A DNA stretch of 64,000 bases, from positions 142,961 to 206,960 of the forward strand of contig DATKWK010000023.1 in assembly GCA_035529595.1 (NCBI GenBank). The letters run 5' to 3'. The translations under genes and the position numbers were made by a program. This stretch comes from Candidatus Bathyarchaeia archaeon. Its GTDB lineage: Bacteria; Patescibacteriota; Microgenomatia; PFEM01; JAFGMK01. Shown here one piece after another: positions 1 to 9,504 of this stretch (the first letter of the stretch is position 1; the number at the start of each line of letters is the position of its first letter). The notes under the pieces were generated by a model. It was not told the DNA's origin, did no database searches, and worked only from the letters and a program-made list of their open reading frames with translations.

Positions 1-1
1 T

Positions 2-145
2 CTCAAGTTGAGAAAACTGAATCAGTGGCAGGAAGCCGACCAGGTGAGGAAAGAAATTGAAGAAGAGGGGTTTGTGATCGAGGATACGACCGGCGGTTAT
101 TGGTTGAAACCAATCAAGACGAAAATTATCCATTTAAAAAAATGA
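2..145 (+). CDS. cysS: Cysteinyl-tRNA synthetase, C-terminal end (partial, runs off the window)
   Basis: Frame from base 2 reads LKLRKLNQWQEADQVRKEIEEEGFVIEDTTGGYWLK..*, the typical CysS C-terminal 'AD.IR..L...G..IED...G..W' pattern. Not in the ORF track. Its TGA overlaps the next ATG (ATGA). Confidence 0.8.
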   Translation, partial: LKLRKLNQWQEADQVRKEIEEEGFVIEDTTGGYWLKPIKTKIIHLKK

Positions 146-852
146 CCCGATTGGAGAAAATATTTATTATCTTAGTTATTCTATTGATTTTGGTTTTTAT
201 AAATCTTCTGGTTCTGGATTACCGAATTTTTCTAAGTCAAGAAAAGAGAGATTTTTTTGTTTCGCCACCGACTGACATATCGCCAATAGGGGCTTTTATT
301 ACTCCGGCTCAATCTCAATACGATTTCGAGGATAACCAGAACTGTGATTTGGGATGCCAAGTCAGGATTTCAGAAGAAGTTGCCCAAGCAATCGCGACTA
401 TTTCCGGTCGAAATCAACCGGCCGAGTTGTCAGTGAGAGAAACGGCCAAAGAAATCCCGACCTCAGTAGCCGTCCCGACTTTGACCGCCAAAACCAATTA
501 TCTGCCTTTGGGAAGCGGTTCTTCCACTATAATTCAGGATTGGACGGATGTTGCCGGTTCCGATTTTGTTTTCAATCTGGCTGACTATGGCGATCAGGCT
601 TATGCTTTTTGGCAGATAAATATCAGAGCCCAGCATGCTAATAGTCGCTGTTATGCCCGTATTTATGATGTTACTAATAAAAGAGCGGTTGATTTTTCCG
701 AGCGCTCAACCGATCAAACCTCTTATTCGCTTCAGGAGAGCGCCCGGCTAATGATTTGGGCGGGGAAAAATACTTATCGCCTACAAAGCAAATCACTAAA
801 TGGAATTAGCTGTTATTTGGAAGCACCGCGATTAATAGTGGTTAGTCACTGA
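142..852 (+). CDS. Hypothetical membrane-anchored extracellular protein
   Basis: N-terminal TM helix, Pro/Thr-rich linker and beta-rich C-terminal domain. Start moved to ATG 142, coupled to the cysS stop. Confidence 0.7.
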   Translation: MTRLEKIFIILVILLILVFINLLVLDYRIFLSQEKRDFFVSPPTDISPIGAFITPAQSQYDFEDNQNCDLGCQVRISEEVAQAIATISGRNQPAELSVRETAKEIPTSVAVPTLTAKTNYLPLGSGSSTIIQDWTDVAGSDFVFNLADYGDQAYAFWQINIRAQHANSRCYARIYDVTNKRAVDFSERSTDQTSYSLQESARLMIWAGKNTYRLQSKSLNGISCYLEAPRLIVVSH

Positions 853-894
853 TAGATTGACAAAATAATATTGTTGACATAGGATGAAGGTAAT

Positions 895-1398
895 ATGGAT
901 AAAATCAAACTTTTCGGGCTGCTGCTAGTCCTCTTAGCAATTCCGGCCGGTGTTTATTTAGTCAGAAGTTCCCGTTCTACCCGGGTGGAAACCCGGGCTG
1001 CCCGAATCGAGGAAGCTTTGATTTTTACCATGCCGGCCGAATTTTATTTAAAACTGGGAGAAACGGCGGATGTTGCGGTAAAAATTGACACCGGAAAAGA
1101 AACGGTGACCGGTGTTAAAATCGTTTTAGATTTTGACCCTGACTTACTGGTACTGGCTGGCGATATAAAGGCGGGGCCGGCTTTTGATGAGTTTGTCGCC
1201 GGAGAAGACTTTGGACAAATAGTTTTAAAGGGAAAGGGACAGTTAATCGGGCAGGGAACAATTGCCACTTTGTCCTTTAAGTCAATTGAAATAGGGGAGA
1301 CCGATCTTAAAGTTAATTCTTCTTCTCTTGTTTGGGATAAATCGGAAAAAAACAATCTTTTCCGTAAAGGGGTCGGCAGCCGTATTCTGATTGAGTGA
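895..1398 (+). CDS. Cohesin-like domain surface protein
   Basis: N-terminal TM, then 'VAVKIDTG..VTGVKIVLDFDPDLL...GTIATLSFK...GETDL', a cohesin-fold pattern. Confidence 0.65.
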   Translation: MDKIKLFGLLLVLLAIPAGVYLVRSSRSTRVETRAARIEEALIFTMPAEFYLKLGETADVAVKIDTGKETVTGVKIVLDFDPDLLVLAGDIKAGPAFDEFVAGEDFGQIVLKGKGQLIGQGTIATLSFKSIEIGETDLKVNSSSLVWDKSEKNNLFRKGVGSRILIE

Positions 1399-1412
1399 AC
1401 CAGATTAAACTT

Positions 1413-2744
1413 TTACTCCTCTATTTCCGGTTCCGGCAGGGTCTCTTCAACTTCAAAGAATTCAGGGGCGGTTATTCTCCTGGCAATTTCTTTGTAGAGC
1501 TCAACTAACTCATTTTTATCATTAGTTTCATAATAGAAATCCGGTCCATTTGAGATTTGCTGTAGCGTTTTCCGGCCTAAGGCCATGGTTGAACAGATGC
1601 ATTTTCCACCAGTACAATTGTCAGAACAGGAGCTGTCGCAATCTGTCTGACAGAAACTGGTACATTTACTACAATTGCAATCGGAATCGCTAACATTATT
1701 AAAGAAAATTGAAAAAATCGTATAGTCTCTCGGGTTTTCTTCACTAGGTATTGATTCTAATTTTGCGATAGTAGCTTGGTTTATAGCATCGTTGGTATTA
1801 CAGGTCCCAACCGGAAGGTTAGCTAAAGATGGGGAGTGGAAAGGGTCAAATAGAGGCAAATACACATTATCAATTTCCAAATTCATACAAGGGTTTCCGC
1901 CAGTACTGGTACAACTGACAGTAGCCGGTTGGTTGGCGATGCCGTCAGATAGAATGATAATTATCTTCTTTGTTTCTTCATCGACCTTGGTATCAAGTTC
2001 ATTTCTTGCAAGAATAAGTGCGTTTGCGGTGTTAGTATCGCCTTCGGCTTCAAGAGGTGTAATCGCATTTTTGATGTCAGAATAGGTTAATGTCAGCGGG
2101 GTAGTCACAGTCGAATCTGTCGAAAAGGTTACGGCACCAACCCGGTCTCTGCTCGGATCCAAATATTCAAGAAATTTAATTGAAGAAAATTGAGCTCTTT
2201 CCAGCGGCAGATCGATTTCTCTGGTCGCCGCACAATCAGTATCAACTTCCGGATCATGATCAACATTAAGATCAGGCCAACAATGACTATGGACAGTCTG
2301 ATCATTGCCGCCGTCATTCATACTGCCTGAGCGGTCGATGATCAGCATGACGTCAAGTGGCGGTCTGATCTGGCTGCGCTTGAAATTGGCCACCAACTTT
2401 CTTTTAACTCCTTTGATGGTGGCGGTGATTTCAATCCGGACTCCTTCGGGGGTTAGGCTGATAATTCGCCTGATTCTGGTGTCAACTTCCGGACCGCCCA
2501 GGTTATAATCGGTTTCATCAAAAGCGCTTGGCCAGTCGGAATCATCCCGTAAATGCTGGATGGTCTCGTATAAAGCGCCCTCGGCCGCAAAAAACGCGGT
2601 TTGGCTGTATCGAACTTGGGAGGCCCTTCGGGCTGCCAATATAGAATTGAGTTGCAGAGCAAGGACGATTAACGCCAGAAGAGAGGCGATGACAAAGACT
2701 AACAGTAAGTTTGCGATGCCTGTTTGAGTTTTTGATTTTTCCAT
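1413..2744 (-). CDS. PilX-like minor pilin with vWA domain and Cys-rich insert (putative adhesin)
   Basis: G|IANLLLV N-terminus without Glu5 and 'AFFAAEGAL' PilX motif; MIDAS residues DRSGS, GDTNT and ILSDG. Confidence 0.75.
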   Translation of the reverse strand: MEKSKTQTGIANLLLVFVIASLLALIVLALQLNSILAARRASQVRYSQTAFFAAEGALYETIQHLRDDSDWPSAFDETDYNLGGPEVDTRIRRIISLTPEGVRIEITATIKGVKRKLVANFKRSQIRPPLDVMLIIDRSGSMNDGGNDQTVHSHCWPDLNVDHDPEVDTDCAATREIDLPLERAQFSSIKFLEYLDPSRDRVGAVTFSTDSTVTTPLTLTYSDIKNAITPLEAEGDTNTANALILARNELDTKVDEETKKIIIILSDGIANQPATVSCTSTGGNPCMNLEIDNVYLPLFDPFHSPSLANLPVGTCNTNDAINQATIAKLESIPSEENPRDYTIFSIFFNNVSDSDCNCSKCTSFCQTDCDSSCSDNCTGGKCICSTMALGRKTLQQISNGPDFYYETNDKNELVELYKEIARRITAPEFFEVEETLPEPEIEE

Positions 2745-2752
2745 TTTTTGCT

Positions 2753-3298
2753 TTAAATAGACTGAAATTTCATCTTTCGCAGGGAAATCGTTGTCTGGTG
2801 GGCCGATGATATTTTCGGTTCTGAACCCAGATATTCAAGTTCAAGACTGATGCTTAAACACTGGACCGGCGTCTCGTCGCTGGCATCAGGCGTCTCCGAG
2901 GCAAGATTTTGAATCTCAAATCCGACTACTTTAATATCCGGACCGGAAAGAGGAGCATTATCTTTAAAAAATTGGCCATTTTCAACTTCAAAGACACGAT
3001 AGACAGTTATTGGCTCGTCGTATTCGTCAATTTGTGTTTGCTCAAGCGTCAAACTATCGAGCAGACCGTTATCACCGATTACTGCCTGATCGCTCCAATG
3101 GATTTCCTGCGTCAGTTCGTTTAAGACATAGGTTGTTGTTTCCTGAAGGGCATTTAGTTTTCGGGAAGTTGACCGGGATTTAAAGAAACTATTCAAGGCC
3201 GAAAAAAGCAGGACAATAAATATTCCCATGACACCCATAAAGATGATTATCTCTATCAGGCTAAAACCTCGCGATTTTGTAACTGCTTTTTTTGGCAT
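2753..3298 (-). CDS. Type IV minor pilin (PilW-like)
   Basis: Prepilin motif RG|FSLIE followed by a hydrophobic helix. Confidence 0.85.
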   Translation of the reverse strand: MPKKAVTKSRGFSLIEIIIFMGVMGIFIVLLFSALNSFFKSRSTSRKLNALQETTTYVLNELTQEIHWSDQAVIGDNGLLDSLTLEQTQIDEYDEPITVYRVFEVENGQFFKDNAPLSGPDIKVVGFEIQNLASETPDASDETPVQCLSISLELEYLGSEPKISSAHQTTISLRKMKFQSI

Positions 3299-3807
3299 CA
3301 GATATCAGTCAGTTTAAAATTAATAAGATAAGTAAAAATTTTGACATCTTGAGTTTTTCCTTGATCATTCCAGTTAACCGTAACTGTTATCTTGAGAGTA
3401 TTAGAATCAATAATAGCACCGTTTTTATCAATATCTAAAGTGTCGTTGTCTCGACGAGCTTTTTCAAAAGCAATCTGGCGAGAAAACTTACCGGCAATCG
3501 GCAGCTCGATACCGGTCATTAATGATAGAGGCTCAGTTAACGTGGGATGATAAACCTGGCCATTATCGGCATAGTCAGCCACAAAAGTATCCCAAGCTTG
3601 TGTATCTTCAAGATTAATAATTATATTATAAGCAATTTCGAGCGCTTCCCGGGCATATTGAGCGGCTTGGATCTGGTGCCGATATCTGACTTGGGCGAAA
3701 GTTAAATTAGCCAGCGAAGAGACGAAAGGCGAAATGATTAAAGCAAAAATCGCGGTGGCGATCAGAAGCTCAATTAGAGTTTGGCCTTTGGCAGCTTTCT
3801 GTTTCAT
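3298..3807 (-). CDS. Type IV minor pilin (PilV-like)
   Basis: KG|QTLIELL motif; C-terminal 'KITVTVNW'. Confidence 0.85.
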   Translation of the reverse strand: MKQKAAKGQTLIELLIATAIFALIISPFVSSLANLTFAQVRYRHQIQAAQYAREALEIAYNIIINLEDTQAWDTFVADYADNGQVYHPTLTEPLSLMTGIELPIAGKFSRQIAFEKARRDNDTLDIDKNGAIIDSNTLKITVTVNWNDQGKTQDVKIFTYLINFKLTDI

Positions 3808-3811
3808 ACTA

Positions 3812-4282
3812 TTATTTTTTACTAGGATTAGTTCCCGCGATTAAACCACCCTGAGTGACCGTTATTTCACATCTGAACCGGCGCGACTCCAGGGTTAAGT
3901 TCAAATTAATATTGGGGGTACCGGTTACTTTAGAAAAAATAATTTCGGACTCGCCTCCGGTTGAGACAATATCAATATCCGGATGCAAATGGTAAGTTTC
4001 GGTGTTTGTCTCGGGGTCGGTATTTAAAGCATAGGTGTCGGGAGGCAAGAAACTGATTTTGTAAGCATAACCTCCGTAGGCAGCCATCGCTTTTTGCTGG
4101 GCCAATTTTAAATTATTGATGACCTTCTCTTGTTCGGTTTGTAAAATTAATTTTTCTTTGGCTCCGAGTAGATAGGGTGTAGATAAGCCTAAGAAAATAC
4201 CCAGGATCACAACGACCAAAATGGCCTCAATAAAAGTAAAGCCCTTATTTTTTGAGATGAAGACGGGGGCAGTTCTATTCAT
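3812..4282 (-). CDS. Type IV minor pilin (FimT/GspH-like)
   Basis: KG|FTFIE motif; 'LKLAQQKA' and 'IIFSKVTG' FimT/GspH-like segments. Confidence 0.85.
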   Translation of the reverse strand: MNRTAPVFISKNKGFTFIEAILVVVILGIFLGLSTPYLLGAKEKLILQTEQEKVINNLKLAQQKAMAAYGGYAYKISFLPPDTYALNTDPETNTETYHLHPDIDIVSTGGESEIIFSKVTGTPNINLNLTLESRRFRCEITVTQGGLIAGTNPSKK

Positions 4283-4369
4283 TCTTATTAAATACTAGCC
4301 TAACTTGTTTAAACCTTCAAGTCCTAAACAAATTAAGCTAAAATAAGGGTCGGATTCTTAAGCAGGATT

Positions 4370-4702
4370 ATGACTTACGAACAAACATGGCGAGCAGTTA
4401 AAAAGATTCCAGCTGGAAAGGTAACTACCTACGGAGAAATTGCCCGGTTTCTAAATATTAAAGATGAGCGTATTGTCGGTTGGGCGCTTCATGCCAATAA
4501 AGATGCTGCCATTCCTTGCCATCGGGTGGTTAAAGCCGACGGTTCGCTGGCGGAAAATTATGCCTTCGGCGGGTGGCGGGAACAGAAAAGAAAACTGCTT
4601 AAAGAAGGCGTTAAATTTATCAGTTCTACCAAAGCTGATCTTTCAGCTTCTTTTTTCTATTTTAATCCCGAAACGGAAATCCCAACGATTCGGGATAGAT
4701 AG
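4370..4702 (+). CDS. MGMT-family alkylated-DNA binding/repair protein
   Basis: IPAGKVTTYG, VGWAL and the active-site PCHRVV motif. Confidence 0.9.
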   Translation: MTYEQTWRAVKKIPAGKVTTYGEIARFLNIKDERIVGWALHANKDAAIPCHRVVKADGSLAENYAFGGWREQKRKLLKEGVKFISSTKADLSASFFYFNPETEIPTIRDR

Positions 4703-4765
4703 TTTCAAGTTCTTTTGGGAGAGAGCTCTACTTTTAAAAGAGCACAAATTTTCAAAAAAGGAAAA

Positions 4766-4799
4766 GCCGAGGGCTTTCAATCCTCGGCGCTTTACTTTT
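4766..4799 (+). terminator. Probable intrinsic terminator hairpin
   Basis: GCCGAGG (4766-4772) pairs with CCTCGGC (4782-4788); T-rich tail follows and an A-run precedes. Confidence 0.45.
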
Positions 4800-4804
4800 G
4801 ACCT

Positions 4805-5737
4805 ATGAGGGAAAGACAAGAAAGTTGCCAGTCTTATTATTGGGGGGAGTTATTTAGTGTTTTGGAAGCGCAACAGTCAGCGGGAGAACTTTATTTGCCA
4901 CAGGGAATAGAACAGGTTAGGCTTAAAGGGGATCAGGCAGTTGTTTTGGTTCTTTCAGGCGGCGGCGCTTTGGCGCCGATCCATATTGGCGTTTGGGGAG
5001 CTTTTTTGGAAAATGGCATTCCGGTTGATTTAGTTGTCGGTACCAGTGCCGGTTCGATCGGAGCGATGGTCGTCTCACGGGTGCATAATTTAAGTCAGTG
5101 GCTGATGGCCAAAGACTGGGGAGAAACAATCGGTTGGAAAGACATAAGCCGATCGGCCATACTTCCGCAAGGCGGTTTATTTAGTTTTGAGCCTCTTAAA
5201 GACTATATTAACGATCGTCTGAAATGGGTTAAAAATAATGATCCTGATTACTCGCCCTTGCCAACAGTTTTAGTTGCCACCGAAACTACCCCCGGAAGGA
5301 AAGGAAATTTGTTTTTGGTTTGGCAACCTCCGCCGGACGGAACTTTAGGCCGGGTTATTTGGGCTTCCTGTGCGGTTCCTCTTGCAATTGAACCTTGCTG
5401 GATTGACGGCCGCCGTCTTTGCGACGGAGGCGCCGTTTTTGGCGGTAATGAACCGGTCGGTGTTGCCCGATTTCTTGCTCCCGATGCCTTGGTGATCAGT
5501 GTCAGGCTTTATGACTTTTGGCCGCTAAATTCCCCGGTTGAACCTGATTTCAGAATCGAGCCTTGTCGCGACGTGAGGAATCATCTTTATGATCAGGCTT
5601 TTTTTGATCCCGCAGATGTTCAAAGAGGCTATTTAGCCGGATTAGAAAATATTGAGGCGATCGAAGCTCTTATGGCTGCAAGAGGAATTTCTCCGGTTGT
5701 TTATCAGGGTTTTACAGAGACCGGCGGACTTGACTAA
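4805..5737 (+). CDS. Patatin-like phospholipase
   Basis: LSGGG oxyanion loop, GTSAG nucleophile elbow and DGG motif. Confidence 0.9.
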   Translation: MRERQESCQSYYWGELFSVLEAQQSAGELYLPQGIEQVRLKGDQAVVLVLSGGGALAPIHIGVWGAFLENGIPVDLVVGTSAGSIGAMVVSRVHNLSQWLMAKDWGETIGWKDISRSAILPQGGLFSFEPLKDYINDRLKWVKNNDPDYSPLPTVLVATETTPGRKGNLFLVWQPPPDGTLGRVIWASCAVPLAIEPCWIDGRRLCDGGAVFGGNEPVGVARFLAPDALVISVRLYDFWPLNSPVEPDFRIEPCRDVRNHLYDQAFFDPADVQRGYLAGLENIEAIEALMAARGISPVVYQGFTETGGLD

Positions 5738-5826
5738 TTACTTCAATTAACCAGATAATTTTTTTTAAATCTGTTTTTTAAACCAGACAGCGATCCAAAA
5801 ATTAATCTTATAGTATAATTAGAAGG

Positions 5827-6458
5827 ATGAAGGAAAAAACAGCTTCTTGGGAAGAACTGAAGCCTCTCTTTAGGCGAAGTTTAAAAGACGTTATATTCAG
5901 CGACTACTTAGAAACTTTAAGTTATATCAGGGAGTTGTATATTCCGGGGTATTCTTCTCTTGAGCTTAAAGATTTTTCCGAGGCTTTGGTATGGGCGACA
6001 GAAAACCTAGGAGCTTTTCAGGCAGCAGGTTTTATCGGTCCGGGGTTAACTATTTTACCAAAGATGGTCCAAATTCACGAATCTTGTATAAGTTTTTTAT
6101 CAATATATCAAGAAGAATTGTCAGGATGCCGACCAACCAAGTCAATTTACCGGTCGCTTTTATGCCAACCTCTCAAGAATGGCAAGTGGACATTTTGGCG
6201 CAAACTAAGTCGATTTTTGACAATATCCAAGAATTACACCAAAAATCCAAAAAATTAGTCGCTTCAGATTTTGAATTGGTAGACCTGGATCGCCGTTCAA
6301 CCACCAGGACTTTAGCTATAATCCAGACCGCGTTTTCTTCTGGCTGGGGCCGGTTTAGAGCGGAGGCAAGCGACCTCTTAACGGGACAATTATTTTTACA
6401 CTATATAAGTGCCTTGAAGTATCGATCAAGAATCTTATTCAAAAAACCCTTAGAATGA
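5827..6458 (+). pseudogene. Hypothetical gene split by a frameshift near 6090-6125
   Basis: Two overlapping ORFs, 5827-6258 and 5991-6458. Protein-like composition switches frame at ..YQEEL / VRMPTNQ.. Confidence 0.5.
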
Positions 6459-6640
6459 TATAAGTTGATGCTTTAGGACGTCACTCTTAGGGTGTAAAAG
6501 TACACCTTCTTATCCGGGTTTTGCTGATCCGGTCAATTATTTTTATCATCTGCTTGGCATCTTTATCAAGAATTCTTCAGTTTTTTCTCTAATACGGTTC
6601 TGATAAGGTATAATACCCGTTTAAGCAGATTTTAAATAAG

Positions 6641-6779
6641 CTACGAGTTTCGTACTTTAATTTAAACCAGCCTATTTGTCATCCTGGAGGGTCGATACTT
6701 CGACCCGATAGGATCTCAAAACAAAAAAAGAGATTCTATCGCTGACGCTCCAGAATGACAGACAACTGCGAAACTCGTG
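6641..6779. mobile_element. MITE / REP-like nested palindromic element with TAAG target-site duplication
   Basis: Terminal IR ACGAGTTTCG (6643-6652) / CGAAACTCGT (6769-6778) enclosing three internal stems. TAAG at 6637-6640 and 6780-6783. A paralogous empty site lies at 22292-22325. Confidence 0.8.
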
Positions 6780-6792
6780 TAAGCGCACAATT

Positions 6793-8274
6793 ATGATTAT
6801 CGTCAAAGACTTATTTTTTTCTTTCGGCGAGAAACCTCTTTTTTGCGGGGTAGATTTTATTGTGGGAAAAGGACAAAAAGTAGGTTTGGTCGGCCCGAAT
6901 GGTTCAGGAAAAACGACGCTTTTTAGGCTTCTTAGCAGAAAAGAGATGCCGGATGGAGGAACTGTTGAGACTGTTGGTGAGGTCGTTTTAGTCCCGCAGG
7001 AAATTAAATACGATCAGGAAATGGAAGAAAGCCGTTCAATAAGAAAATACCTGGACAAAAACGACGAACATAAAGATTTTGAGCTTTTAAGACTACTCCA
7101 TTCTCTTGATCTTGATGATTTGGATCTAAAATCTTCAGCTTGGCGTTTAAGCGGTGGACAAAAGACAAAAATGGCTTTGGCTAAAGCTTTACTTGACGAG
7201 CCCGATATTCTACTACTTGACGAACCAACCAATTTTATGGATTTCAAGGGAAAAAGGTGGGTGATGAATTTTTTAAGTAAATATCCCAAAACGTTAGTTT
7301 TGGTTTCTCATGATCTCAAGTTGCTGGACGAAGCGATTGACCGGGTTTTATATATCAATCCTCAAACTCATAAGATCGAGGAGTATAAAGGAAATTACTC
7401 AAAGTTTATCAATCTTAAAGAAGAAAAAGAGGCATTGTTAAAAAGGCAGATAACGGCTGAGCAAAAACACATAAAAAGGTTGGAGGAGAGTTTAAAGATA
7501 CTTTATCGATATACTTCCAAAAAAGGAGTAAGGGCCAGAGTTATGCTGCAAAGAAGAATTGCCAGATTAAAGGAATCACTGCCTGACTTACCGCTAGAAG
7601 TCAGACGAATTAAAGTAAAATTGCCAACTCCTTTACCAACCGGAGAGCTGCCGATCCGTGCGGCCAGTATCAGTAAATCATTTGGTAAGAATGAGGTTTT
7701 TAAAAATATTAACTTTTCGGTCATGAAAGGAGAAAGGGTGGCTTTAATCGGGCCAAACGGTGTTGGCAAAAGCACTTTGATAAAAATTCTTGTCGGTGTT
7801 TTAAAGTCGGATAGGGGAAAAGTTACCAAAAACGATAACTTAAAAATCGGCTACTATTCGCAGGAGTTTGAAACTCTCGATCCGGAAAAGACACTGCTTC
7901 AGACAATTAGAAACGGATGCCATCAGGCAGAAGCATTTGCCCGGCCTTTTTTAGGACGGTTTAACTTCTTAAAAACTAAAGTATTTCAAAAAGTGAAATA
8001 TCTATCGGGTGGGGAAAAAACCCGTTTAGCAATTGCTCTGCTGGCCGGACAGGATTTTAACCTGCTTGTTCTGGACGAACCGACAACTTACCTAGATCCG
8101 CTCTCCCAAAGAATTATTTTAAATACTTTAAAAGAATACCGGGGAACGATGATTATCGTTAGCCATACCCGGGAATTTATTTCCGAGCTAAAACCAAACC
8201 GGGCTTTCTTGATGCCGGAAAATAAAATGGTTTTCTGGTCGGATGAGCTATTAGAGAAAGTAGCTGAAGTATAA
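6793..8274 (+). CDS. ABC-F family ATPase (ribosome-associated)
   Basis: Two NBDs (GPNGSGKT/LSGGQ/LLLDEPT and GPNGVGKS/LSGGE/LVLDEPT) joined by a helical linker; no TM segments. Confidence 0.92.
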   Translation: MIIVKDLFFSFGEKPLFCGVDFIVGKGQKVGLVGPNGSGKTTLFRLLSRKEMPDGGTVETVGEVVLVPQEIKYDQEMEESRSIRKYLDKNDEHKDFELLRLLHSLDLDDLDLKSSAWRLSGGQKTKMALAKALLDEPDILLLDEPTNFMDFKGKRWVMNFLSKYPKTLVLVSHDLKLLDEAIDRVLYINPQTHKIEEYKGNYSKFINLKEEKEALLKRQITAEQKHIKRLEESLKILYRYTSKKGVRARVMLQRRIARLKESLPDLPLEVRRIKVKLPTPLPTGELPIRAASISKSFGKNEVFKNINFSVMKGERVALIGPNGVGKSTLIKILVGVLKSDRGKVTKNDNLKIGYYSQEFETLDPEKTLLQTIRNGCHQAEAFARPFLGRFNFLKTKVFQKVKYLSGGEKTRLAIALLAGQDFNLLVLDEPTTYLDPLSQRIILNTLKEYRGTMIIVSHTREFISELKPNRAFLMPENKMVFWSDELLEKVAEV

Positions 8275-8301
8275 AACAAAACTGGCAAGCAGGAACTGTA
8301 A

Positions 8302-8796
8302 ATGAGAAAATTAAAAGATCTAAATGAGTTAAAAATAATCTCTCAAGACTTAAAAAGGAAAGGGAAAAGAATTGGCATTATCAGCGGTTGTTTTGAAATC
8401 ATCCACGCTGACTTTATCAGGTTGTTTCGCTTTGCCAAAAAACATGTTGATATCCTTGTTATTGGCTTGAATAGTGATCGAAATGTCAAACTTGCTAAAG
8501 GCGATAACCGGCCCGTTTTTAACTTTTTACAGAGAACAAAGGTTTTATCAGAGCTCGGTACAGTTGATTATATTTTTAAGATTGAAGATATTATTGAGAT
8601 CTCCCCGGAAGAGATTAATCGAATATATCGGAAGATCTATCTGGCGGTAAAGCCGGATTATATTATTACCAACGGAAAAGTTGATAAATACCTGGCAGAT
8701 AAAAAAAGGGCGATTGAAGGAAGCGATATTAAGATACTAAAGATAAGCAATAACAAACAGCCGATTTTAATTGATAAAATAATCGGCGGCAGATGA
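8302..8796 (+). CDS. Cytidylyltransferase-like protein (RfaE/HldE domain II-like), degenerate HxGH
   Basis: 'ISGCFEIIHADF..LVIGLNSD..V...KG..RP' matches the family; HAGH is replaced by HADF. Confidence 0.75.
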   Translation: MRKLKDLNELKIISQDLKRKGKRIGIISGCFEIIHADFIRLFRFAKKHVDILVIGLNSDRNVKLAKGDNRPVFNFLQRTKVLSELGTVDYIFKIEDIIEISPEEINRIYRKIYLAVKPDYIITNGKVDKYLADKKRAIEGSDIKILKISNNKQPILIDKIIGGR

Positions 8797-8829
8797 AGCC
8801 AATTTAAATAATGCCCAAGGGGGATTTGT

Positions 8830-9444
8830 TTATCGGATTGGTTCTAATATTTTATTACCGTATTTTTTTAAACAGTACCTTGTAGGAGCGGTTAATTTTT
8901 TCCGGAGTGCCTCGTTAATATTCATCCAAGTATGGCGGCGGCCTTCTTCCCGATCCGTTTTAATTTCAGGTTTTCCCGACAATGTTAAGATATAAAAATG
9001 ATGTCTATGACAGTCGGCGCCTCGGCGGCAGAGATCACCAACGATATCTTCTGTTGAGAAAAAAATAAGCTTATGAGTTCTGATTCCGGCTTCTTCGAAC
9101 AATTCTCTTCTGGCTGCATACTCGGGAGTTTCTTTCTCTTCGATATGTCCCGACGGGACAGTAAATCCATAGGGGTAAATTGTCCTTTCAACGAAGAGAA
9201 TTTTCTCATCCGATCGAATCACAAAAACACTGGCGCTCTCATGCCAGTATTCGCCTGTTTTCTGGTCAATCCACCATTTAAGAGCCGGGTCGATATCAAT
9301 TAAACGGTCGAAAGTTTTACCGCAACTATGGCATTTGTATAATCTTTTTTTATCTGCTATGACATCATGTATATTTTCCGAATAACAGTTTTGGCAATAA
9401 CGGTGTCTTTTATTGTCAGTCGGTAAAGGGAAAGTTATTTTCAT
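8830..9444 (-). CDS. NUDIX hydrolase with N-terminal Zn ribbon
   Basis: Nudix box GHIEEKETPEYAARRELFEEAG; CQNC and CHSC pairs. Confidence 0.85.
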   Translation of the reverse strand: MKITFPLPTDNKRHRYCQNCYSENIHDVIADKKRLYKCHSCGKTFDRLIDIDPALKWWIDQKTGEYWHESASVFVIRSDEKILFVERTIYPYGFTVPSGHIEEKETPEYAARRELFEEAGIRTHKLIFFSTEDIVGDLCRRGADCHRHHFYILTLSGKPEIKTDREEGRRHTWMNINEALRKKLTAPTRYCLKKYGNKILEPIR

Positions 9445-9504
9445 AAATCTAATATTAGCAGAGAGATCGGAGTTTATTCAAGTCCTGCTATAATGATTAA
9501 TAGG

